Source: Verrucomicrobiia bacterium (GTDB lineage Bacteria; Verrucomicrobiota; Verrucomicrobiia; Limisphaerales; UBA11358). From it: a stretch of DNA of 64,000 nucleotides. Below, piece by piece: positions 15,851 through 23,171 of the stretch. Made by a program: the position numbers and the translations under genes. The DNA lies in assembly GCA_035945675.1 (NCBI GenBank), contig DASZAB010000050.1:5312-69311 (forward strand), read 5' to 3'. The notes under the pieces were generated by a model, which saw only the letters and a program-made list of their open reading frames with translations, did no database searches and had not been told where the DNA came from. Within the stretch, counting starts at the first letter, position 1. Each line of letters starts with the position of its first letter.

Positions 15851-17044
15851 ATGCCACAGATTCCCATCATCATGCCGCAGCTCGGTGAATCCATCGCCGA
15901 GGCAAATATCATTGGCTTTCTCGTCAAGCCGGGCGACACCATCGAGGCCGGCCAGGATTTGATCGAAGTGGAAACCAACAAGGCCAGCATGACGGTGACG
16001 TCGCCCTGCGGCGGACGCATCGAGAACTTCACGGCGCAACTGAATGAAAGTTACGCCGTCGGCGCCACGCTGGGCCGCATTGAAACCACCCAGGAAGAAG
16101 CCGCGCGGCTGGGTTTGGATGTTCCCGCGCCCACCAAACCGGGCGACACCGACCGCGTTGTCCGGGGGGGTGGGAACGGCAGTTGGAGCCGGGTGCAGCC
16201 GACCGTGCGCGGCCTGCCCGTGCCGGCGAACGCCGCCGGCGCCAGCTTTCTTTCCCCAAGGCTCAAGGCGCGCATGACGGAACTGGGCTTGAGCGCCGCC
16301 GATCTCGCGGGCGTGGCCGGCAGCGGCGCAGCGGGACGCGTGACCGTTGAAGATTTCGAAAAATTCATCGCCCATCTCGAGCAACAAAAAATGAGCCAGG
16401 CTTCGACGATGCGCGTGGCCGTGGCCGACGCCATGCGGCGCAGTTGGACGCGACCCATCGCGCACGTCGGCATGCCGGTTCGTCTCGACCCGCTTTTTGC
16501 CTACCGCAAGGTGACCCGGCCCAAACCCGGTCCGGCCCTCTGCGCCTTGCGTGCGCTGGCGGTGGCCCTGGCGGAAAACAGCGCTCCGGCGGGCCGCCTG
16601 GTGGGAAACAAGATTGTCCATCCCTCTTCAATCGACATTGCTTTTGCGGTCGAGGCCGAAGAAGGCGTGCTGGTTCCCGTCATTCGCAACGCGGACAAGC
16701 GGCTCTTGAAGGACTTGATTGCGCCATACGATGAACTGGTCAAGCTGGCGCGGGACCGCAAATTGCCGCCGGATGCCACCGGCGGTTCCATCGCCACGGT
16801 CACCAATTTTGGCACGTTCGGCCTGGAATGGGCGACGCCGATTCCGCTGCCGGAACAAACGCTCGTGTTGGGCATGGGCGCGGCCCGCCACGCGCCCAGT
16901 TGGGATTCCGTGAAAGGCCAGTTCGTGCCGATCATGGAGGCAAACATGACGTTGAGCTTCGATCATCGCGTGATTGACGGCGGCGCGGCGGGCCGGTTGC
17001 TGCAACACGTCGCGGATTTGATGTCAAAACCGGAGCAGCTTTAA
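15851..17044 (+). CDS. dihydrolipoamide acyltransferase (E2) component
   Basis: 397 aa. Lipoyl domain (IEVETNKASMTVTSP), peripheral subunit-binding segment (LSPRLKARMTELGLSAADLAGVAGSGAAGRVT) and catalytic SFDHRVIDG. Confidence 0.85.
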   Translation: MPQIPIIMPQLGESIAEANIIGFLVKPGDTIEAGQDLIEVETNKASMTVTSPCGGRIENFTAQLNESYAVGATLGRIETTQEEAARLGLDVPAPTKPGDTDRVVRGGGNGSWSRVQPTVRGLPVPANAAGASFLSPRLKARMTELGLSAADLAGVAGSGAAGRVTVEDFEKFIAHLEQQKMSQASTMRVAVADAMRRSWTRPIAHVGMPVRLDPLFAYRKVTRPKPGPALCALRALAVALAENSAPAGRLVGNKIVHPSSIDIAFAVEAEEGVLVPVIRNADKRLLKDLIAPYDELVKLARDRKLPPDATGGSIATVTNFGTFGLEWATPIPLPEQTLVLGMGAARHAPSWDSVKGQFVPIMEANMTLSFDHRVIDGGAAGRLLQHVADLMSKPEQL

Positions 17045-17206
17045 CCTCGTGCACCGCGAGCCGGCCGCAAATCGCATCGCCGTGATTGCAGGCGTTCGCC
17101 TGGAAAGGTGATTCTGGTTTGCCTCGACGCCGGGTCGCTGGACCGCGTTGCGGGAAGTTTGCATTTGCCATGGTTACAAGGCGTCTGCTAATGCTGGTTC
17201 GGCAAA

Positions 17207-17725
17207 ATGAACGACCAGCACGACGGCGGCGCGGCTTATCGTGCCGTGGTGGACAATCTCGTGGACACCTGCGCGGCCGCCCAGGTTTACATTGATTTGG
17301 ATTTGCACTGGTCGGACTGCGGCAATTGGGTCAACGAAGGCGGATGTCTCGGCCAGCACAACATGCCGGATCAAATTTCCGTGGTTTTCTGGCACGACGT
17401 GGCCACGCGCTATAAAACCCATCCCTATCCCAACAAAAAGGATTGGGACAAAAACTTTGGCGAGATCAGCCAGAAACATCCGGTGTATGTTGGAGAATGG
17501 GGTTTTGGCGGACAGGCCTTCAGCCACACGAATGGACCTGCATACGGACAACGGTTGATGGGTTACCTGCAGGGACATGACATCCGGATGTGGACCGCCT
17601 GGAATTTCAGCGCCACGGCAGGACCGACCATGTTTAAAAATTGGTTGTATGAGCCGACGGTGTTCGGGGAATTCGTTGAAAAACAACTGGCCGAGGCAGC
17701 CACGGTACGAGGTTCAGCCAAATAG
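17207..17725 (+). pseudogene. glycoside hydrolase family 5-like remnant
   Basis: 172-aa ORF that retains GH5-like blocks VYIDLDLHW, VVFWHDVATRYK, PVYVGEWGF (nucleophile Glu) and AWNF. It lacks a signal peptide, the N-terminal strands and the NEP acid/base block. Confidence 0.45.
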
Positions 17726-17768
17726 ATATTTGTGAAGTGCGAACCGTTTGCGCGTTTTTAGAAAAGGT

Positions 17769-17842
17769 GTAGCCACCGACGTCAGTCGGCGCTATTTAAA
17801 CAAACGGGGAATGATATGGCGCGAACTGACGTTCGCGGCCAC
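17769..17842. repeat. REP-like element (GTAGC family)
   Basis: GTAGCCACCGAC-gtca-GTCGGCGCTAT ... GGCGCGAAC-tgac-GTTCGCGGCCAC. Two short hairpins with the same tGAc/gtca loops as the other copies. Confidence 0.6.
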
Positions 17843-17860
17843 GAGGTTAATTGAATGGCT

Positions 17861-18286
17861 CTAATCGTTCAAACCCTCGAGAACCAGGAGGACGAAAGCA
17901 CTTCGATCGTACGTGAACGGTTGGCAACTCACCCGCAATTCCACATTGACGGGCCGGCCGCGCCGAACCAGTTCCATTTCCGCCCACTGACGCGTCACCG
18001 ATTGGCCCTGGGAAGCTGCGCGTACCGCTGCGCGTAATCCGCAATCGGAACAGGCCGCTGCGCCACCGCACCCTTTCGGCGATTCCGTCGTATGCAGACA
18101 ATGCAATACGTCGCCTGCCTTGCGTTGCCGGGTGGTTTGCCGGCCCGGTTTGAACAGCCGGGCGGCGGCAGCATTGCATTCCAGGACGTTGACGTCTTTG
18201 TCCACGACGAATACCGGCAGTGGCATGGCATCGAACAAGGCGCGGTGCAACCCTTGATCCAGGAATTGAACGGCGAGCCTGCTCAT
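17861..18286 (-). CDS. stand-alone PAS-like domain protein with Cys/His-rich insert
   Basis: 141 aa. The PAS N-cap is LFDAMPLPVFVVDKDVNVLECNAAAARLF. The insert is HCLHTTESPKGCGGAAACSDCG. No output domain is present. Confidence 0.6.
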   Translation of the reverse strand: MSRLAVQFLDQGLHRALFDAMPLPVFVVDKDVNVLECNAAAARLFKPGRQTTRQRKAGDVLHCLHTTESPKGCGGAAACSDCGLRAAVRAASQGQSVTRQWAEMELVRRGRPVNVELRVSCQPFTYDRSAFVLLVLEGLND

Positions 18287-18390
18287 AACCCCGCCAGTTT
18301 AGCCAGACCCGTTGGAAATTAAAGCAAAAAAAGCAATGCTAATCTACCGCGCGACCGTCCGCGAACGTCGCTGCACCCTTTTGCCGAAGC

Positions 18391-18801
18391 TCACTTCGTT
18401 TTCGGCTCCGCGGCGGCTTTTTCTTCCTTTTCGCGCACGAGGGTCGCGCCCTTGCCCAGACGTTTGCGCAGATAAGTGAGCTTGGCGCGGCGGACTTCGC
18501 CTTTGCGCTCAACTTCAATCTTATCCACGCGCGGCGAGTGCAGCGGAAATACGCGCTCGACGCCTTCGCCATAGCTGATGCGGCGGACGGTGAAAGTCTC
18601 ATTCAAACCGTGCCCGCGTTTGCCAATGACCACCCCGGAGAAAATCTGGATGCGCTCCTTGTCACCTTCGACGACCTTGGTGTGCACGCGCACGCTGTCG
18701 CCGACGGCGAATTTCGCGTCGTCCTTGCGATACTGCTCCGATTCAATTTTTTCCTGCAATGCCTGGTTCATAAAATCAATCTTCGTAGGAGTCGAGGTCA
18801 C
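18391..18801 (-). CDS. rplS: 50S ribosomal protein L19
   Basis: 136 aa with the conserved L19 core ([29 protein letters not shown]...[18 protein letters not shown]) and a lysine/glutamate-rich C-terminal tail. Confidence 0.9.
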   Translation of the reverse strand: MTSTPTKIDFMNQALQEKIESEQYRKDDAKFAVGDSVRVHTKVVEGDKERIQIFSGVVIGKRGHGLNETFTVRRISYGEGVERVFPLHSPRVDKIEVERKGEVRRAKLTYLRKRLGKGATLVREKEEKAAAEPKTK

Positions 18802-18850
18802 GAGACTCTGACTTCCATTTTCCCAGAGACTCCTTACGTCGTCTCTTACT

Positions 18851-19525
18851 TTATTCCATCAAATCCGGTCTTCGCTCCTGGGTCCGCCGTCTTGCTTGTT
18901 CCCGCCGCCATTTTTCAATCTCGGCGTGATTGCCGGACAACAACGTCTCCGGAACTTTCATTCCGCGAAATTCTGCCGGCCGCGTGTATTGCGGGTATTC
19001 CAGTCCCGGCATGCCGGAACTGAACGATTCATCCTGCGAACTTTCGTCATCGCCCAAAACCCCGGGCAGCAACCGGGCCACCGCATCAATCACCACCATG
19101 GCCGGCAGCGCACCGTTCGTCAGCACGTAGTCGCCGATCGACAACTCATCATCCGCCAATTTTTCCCGCACGCGCTCGTCAAAACCTTCGTAATGGCCGG
19201 TGACCAGCAACAGATGTTTCTGCCCGGCCAGGTCGCGCGCGGCGGCCTGGTCAAATTTCCGGCCGGCCGGCGACAACAAAATCACGCGCGTGCTTTTGCG
19301 CCGCAAATCTTCAATCGCTTCAAAGAGCGGTTCCGGCTTCAGCAACATTCCCGGACCGCCGCCAAAGGGCCGGTCGTCCACCGTTTTATGCCGGTCATGC
19401 GCCCAGTCACGGAGATTGTGAATCTTCACATCCAGCAATCCGGCGACCCGCGCGCGCTTGATGATGCTTTCATCGAGCGGCCCGGCGAACATCGCCGGAA
19501 ACAAAGTGAGCACGTCAATCTTCAT
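18851..19525 (-). CDS. trmD: tRNA (guanine37-N1)-methyltransferase
   Basis: 224 aa: [13 protein letters not shown]..., RPFGGGPGM and [10 protein letters not shown] motifs. Position in the rpsP-trmD-rplS operon supports the call. Confidence 0.9.
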   Translation of the reverse strand: MKIDVLTLFPAMFAGPLDESIIKRARVAGLLDVKIHNLRDWAHDRHKTVDDRPFGGGPGMLLKPEPLFEAIEDLRRKSTRVILLSPAGRKFDQAAARDLAGQKHLLLVTGHYEGFDERVREKLADDELSIGDYVLTNGALPAMVVIDAVARLLPGVLGDDESSQDESFSSGMPGLEYPQYTRPAEFRGMKVPETLLSGNHAEIEKWRREQARRRTQERRPDLME

Positions 19526-19592
19526 CGGTCCGTAGTCAGTAATAAGCCGTCAGGAGCAGCCGGCGCACGAGTGTTTTGCTGCGGACGACTAA

Positions 19593-19847
19593 CTACTGAC
19601 TACTGACCACCGGCTGGTCTTCCACAATCTCCACCGAGCAGCGCAATCCCTTCCGGGCGCTGCCGGCCAGCAACAAGGACCGGATGGCATTAATCGTCAC
19701 CCCATGCCGCCCGATAATCTTGCCGACGTCCTGCTGATCCAGGCGCAGTTCGTAAACCGTCATGCCTTCGCGTTCGACCGGCGTAATGGAAACCGCTTCG
19801 GGATGTTGCACCAGTCCCTTGACGACGTATTCCAAAAAGGCCTGCAT
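19593..19847 (-). CDS. KH-domain RNA-binding protein (UPF0109/YlqC-like)
   Basis: ORF 19593-19961. The likely start is the ATG at 19847 (MQAFLEYVVKGLVQHPEAVSI...). GxxG motif is IIGRHGVTINAIR. Confidence 0.75.
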   Translation of the reverse strand: MQAFLEYVVKGLVQHPEAVSITPVEREGMTVYELRLDQQDVGKIIGRHGVTINAIRSLLLAGSARKGLRCSVEIVEDQPVVSSQ

Positions 19848-19863
19848 GGCGGAAAAAATCAGG

Positions 19864-20118
19864 TCAGGCCGCGACCGTGGCCTTGCCGGCCTTCTTGATA
19901 AAACTGGCGACGGTTTCACTCGGCTGGGCGCCCTTGCCCAGCCAGTACCTGGCGCGGTCAAGGTCCAGCGAAAAATTGTCGCCCTTCTTCAACGGCTGAT
20001 AGGTGCCGATTTCCTCGATGAACTTGCCATCGCGCGGACTCCGGCCGTCGGCCACCACAATGCGAAACACGGGGGCATTCTTGGTCCCGACACGTTTCAT
20101 GCGAATTTTTACTGCCAT
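19864..20118 (-). CDS. rpsP: 30S ribosomal protein S16
   Basis: 84 aa: [42 protein letters not shown]. Confidence 0.9.
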   Translation of the reverse strand: MAVKIRMKRVGTKNAPVFRIVVADGRSPRDGKFIEEIGTYQPLKKGDNFSLDLDRARYWLGKGAQPSETVASFIKKAGKATVAA

Positions 20119-20274
20119 AAAATATTCAAAAGAGCACGGAGATTAGCGGTGCGCGGCAGGGTTGGCAAGTCCTGTTTTAGAGGAAAAGACCTGAACCCCC
20201 CAGCCTTCGGTAACATTTACCCGTGAGTCAACTCGTGCTTGCCGACCTGGCCAATCACTGGTTTGCTTGGCGGA

Positions 20275-20760
20275 ATGAGCCGGCCCTATGAAGAAATTTT
20301 GAACGGCGAAACCCTTCCCCGTTCCGCGCCGGGTGCGCGGCACGAAGCGATTTGCGAACGCCTGCACACCTTGATGACCGCCAGCGTTGCGAATCTTCCT
20401 GCCACGCAATTGCTTGCTCCACGCACCAGGGTCCGTGTTTCGCCGTCCGTGACGATCTGTCCCGACCTGGCCCTGGTCACCGTGGCCACCGGCAAACTCT
20501 GGCTCGCAGTGGAGATCATCAGCCGGGAGGATCATCAGGCCGACACGGTCATTAAAAAGCAGCTTTACGAGGATATCCGCGTGCCGCGGCTATGGATGAT
20601 CGACCCGCGCTATGACAACGTGGAGATTTACCATTGCACCGAATGGGGGCTGGCGCTGAAGGGCATCCTGGCGGGAAGTGAGGTGCTGGCAGAAGCGCTG
20701 ATTCCTGAATTCCAGATTGTTATCGCCGAACTGTTCGCGGCGCAGCCGAAGGCAGATTAA
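20275..20760 (+). CDS. Uma2-family (DUF820) putative endonuclease
   Basis: ORF 20239-20760 with likely start at 20275. PD-(D/E)xK-like blocks are PDLALV, LAVEIISREDHQADTVIKKQLYEDIRVPRLWMIDP and VEIYH. Confidence 0.7.
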   Translation: MSRPYEEILNGETLPRSAPGARHEAICERLHTLMTASVANLPATQLLAPRTRVRVSPSVTICPDLALVTVATGKLWLAVEIISREDHQADTVIKKQLYEDIRVPRLWMIDPRYDNVEIYHCTEWGLALKGILAGSEVLAEALIPEFQIVIAELFAAQPKAD

Positions 20761-20834
20761 TTTCCTGATTTTTGCTTGAATGAAAGCCCGGGTTAAGCTG
20801 TCTTAATTCCGACAACCACAAATCTAAATAACCT

Positions 20835-21176
20835 ATGAAAAGAACCTCTCTGACATTGACTCTGGCGACAGGCTGGCTGCTGGCGTTTGGTGCGGCGCGC
20901 CTGCTGGCCAGCGACGCCAGCACGGAAACCACACTGACCGGCACGATGGTCTGCGGCAAATGCAAATTGCACGACACGTCCAAGTGCCAGAACGTCTTGC
21001 AGGTCGAGAAGGACGGCAAGAGCGTCAACTACTACCTGGCCCAAAACAAGGTCAGCAAGGACTTCCACTCCAACATTTGCCAGAATGACGGCGAAAAGGC
21101 GACGGTGACCGGCAAGGTCACCAAAAAGAATGGCAAGGAAATGCTGGTGCCCACCAAAATTGAAGCGGCCAAATAG
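20835..21176 (+). CDS. small secreted Cys-containing protein of unknown function
   Basis: 113 aa with a signal peptide (LATGWLLAFGAARLLA), a CGKCKLHDTSKC motif and a later C. It is followed by a strong terminator. Confidence 0.6.
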   Translation: MKRTSLTLTLATGWLLAFGAARLLASDASTETTLTGTMVCGKCKLHDTSKCQNVLQVEKDGKSVNYYLAQNKVSKDFHSNICQNDGEKATVTGKVTKKNGKEMLVPTKIEAAK

Positions 21177-21200
21177 CAAAACGAGAATTGAAGATGGAGG

Positions 21201-21240
21201 ATGGAGGATGGCGTTTGTCCATCCTCCATTTTCTATTTTC
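21201..21240. terminator. intrinsic (possibly bidirectional) terminator built from GGAGGATGG words
   Basis: ATGGAGGATGG (21201-21211) pairs with CCATCCTCCAT (21219-21229) across a 7-nt loop, followed by TTTCTATTTT. It lies between convergent genes. Confidence 0.75.
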
Positions 21241-22009
21241 CATCATCGAGTTTCGCTGAATGGCGGCGGTTGAATTTCAGGCAGTCGTCGTATCTCACGC
21301 CGCTGCCGCCAAAGAGGTCCAGGGCCGAACCGATGGTCAGATCGACTTTCCCCTGCCCCAACTGCGTGACTGCTTCCAGATCGCTCAGCGAATTCGCGCC
21401 GCCCGCATACGTCGTCGGGATGGGCGTCCAGCGGCCGAGTTTCCCGACCAGCTCGCGGTCAATGCCGCGACACAAACCTTCCACGTCCACCGCGTGAACC
21501 AAAAATTCCGCGCAACTCCCGGCAAGGTTTTGCAGTGTTTGCGGGGAGATGGCCAGTTCGGTGAACTTTTGCCAGCGATCGGTGACCACAAAATAATCCT
21601 CCCCGCGCCGACGGCAGCTTAAATCCAGCACGAGCCGCGCGGTGCCGACCGCCTTGACCAATTTGGCGAGCCGTTCCCCATCCGCGCGACCCTCGCGGAA
21701 GACCCAACTGGTCACAATGACGTGTGAGGCGCCGGCATCAAGCCAGCCCCGCGCGTTTTGCGCGTTAATACCGCCGCCGATCTGCAAGCCACCCGGAAAC
21801 GCCGCCAGCGCCGAGCGGGCTTCAGGCTCATTGCCGGGACCGAGCATAATGACGTGGCCGCCGGCCAGTCCGTCGCGCTTATAAAGTTCGGCAAACCACG
21901 CGGCAGGTTTTTCGGCGATGAAATTCGTCCGCACGCCCGAGCCGCCAAGCGAGCCGCCGACGATTTGTTTCACTTTGCCTTCGTGCAGGTCAATACAGGG
22001 CCGAAACAT
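21233..22009 (-). CDS. hisA: ProFAR isomerase, eukaryotic HIS6-type HisA
   Basis: 258 aa: MFRPCIDLHEGKVKQIVGGSL..., VIVTSWVF, DLSCR, FLVHAVDVEGLC.GID and GKVDLT.GSALD.FGG. It is colinear with yeast His6 as I recall it, rather than with the bacterial HisA pattern. Confidence 0.8.
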   Translation of the reverse strand: MFRPCIDLHEGKVKQIVGGSLGGSGVRTNFIAEKPAAWFAELYKRDGLAGGHVIMLGPGNEPEARSALAAFPGGLQIGGGINAQNARGWLDAGASHVIVTSWVFREGRADGERLAKLVKAVGTARLVLDLSCRRRGEDYFVVTDRWQKFTELAISPQTLQNLAGSCAEFLVHAVDVEGLCRGIDRELVGKLGRWTPIPTTYAGGANSLSDLEAVTQLGQGKVDLTIGSALDLFGGSGVRYDDCLKFNRRHSAKLDDGK

Positions 22010-22195
22010 GGTGTAAACCTAAAATCGCCGCGCACCGGTTCCAAGCGCCAATTTTAATCAGGGTTCGAGTCGAGACCGGCTGAAATTCGCTTACCCAGGG
22101 GGAATCTGACAGAAAACAAACCGGCGGACCGACTTCCTGTTCGATCCGCCGTGCTCTATTTTTACGGCTCTTTCTGAAAAGTGCCGGATGACCTG

Positions 22196-22918
22196 TTAAT
22201 TGCGCCCGGCCTGGCGCCGCGATCTCAGCAACAACAGCAATCCGCTGCCCAGGCCCCCGAGCAAGATCGTGCCCGGCTCGGGAACTTGATGGAACGATTG
22301 GGAAACCTGGGAAATCGTTACCAGAGATCCGGCCGGAGCAATCGCGGCCAGGGCAATATCTTTGGTGACATAGAGCAGCGTTTCCGGAGGGATAATGTTG
22401 AGAACATCATTTATTTCCGCCGGCGGATCGCTGACATCCAAAGCCGTTAGATGACTCACACCGACAACCATCCCGCCAAAAGACCCAAGGGCCGCGGTTT
22501 CGTCCACCGCGAGCAATCCGCCGTTCTGGGCGCTGCCGGTATAGGCTTGATCAATCATCGCAATCGAACCGGCACTGGCTGACACGATGTAGTTGAGTTT
22601 AAGATCTGCCACCGTGGTATCAAAAGTCGCCAAGGCTATGTTTCCCGACCAGGTGAGATAATAAATCCCGTCGGAGCCTATACCTGCGGTAACAGTGATC
22701 TGGTTGGGATCAAAAGAAGTCAAATCACTGCTGGCGACATAGCCGAATCCGCTGAAAGTCTTGTCGCCAACGGTGAGAGATCCGCCGGTGGCAGCCAGGT
22801 CGGCCAACGTGCCAGTGTACACCTGGGCGAACAGTGGACTTACCCCAATTATGGAAGCGAAACCGCACCACAACGCTGTTCTCACCAGGCCTTTTATCGG
22901 GTTTCCAAAGAACTTCAT
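22196..22918 (-). CDS. PEP-CTERM sorting-domain protein
   Basis: ORF 22196-22951 with likely start at 22918 (MKFFGNPIKGLVRTALWCGFASIIGVSPLFAQ, signal peptide). The C-terminus VPEPGTILLGGLGSGLLLLLRSRRQ is PEP motif + TM + basic tail. Confidence 0.8.
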   Translation of the reverse strand: MKFFGNPIKGLVRTALWCGFASIIGVSPLFAQVYTGTLADLAATGGSLTVGDKTFSGFGYVASSDLTSFDPNQITVTAGIGSDGIYYLTWSGNIALATFDTTVADLKLNYIVSASAGSIAMIDQAYTGSAQNGGLLAVDETAALGSFGGMVVGVSHLTALDVSDPPAEINDVLNIIPPETLLYVTKDIALAAIAPAGSLVTISQVSQSFHQVPEPGTILLGGLGSGLLLLLRSRRQAGRN

Positions 22919-23171
22919 AAGTCTTATTAGTTCGGATTTAATACAGGCCAATCAAAACAACCTAACTGATATTGCAGGCTCCATGTAACATCAACCGCAC
23001 TAACATGTCAAGGAAATACTTTAGCACATTTAATGTATTCGGCCTCATCCGGTTGCATGTCGGGCAGAAAGATCTCCATCAACGGTTGAACTGAACGGAT
23101 TCCATTCAGCCTGGTCCGGCATTGGATTTGACACTCTGGCAGAAGTAGGCAAGTCTGGTAAGGTCGTCTGG

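Noticed and set aside
20275-21176. Uma2-family nuclease plus adjacent small secreted Cys protein as a possible defence or toxin module.
   Set aside because: The two genes are separated by 74 nt, one product is cytoplasmic and the other secreted, and no partner genes typical of defence systems (methylase, ATPase, antitoxin) are nearby. Uma2 genes are commonly solitary.
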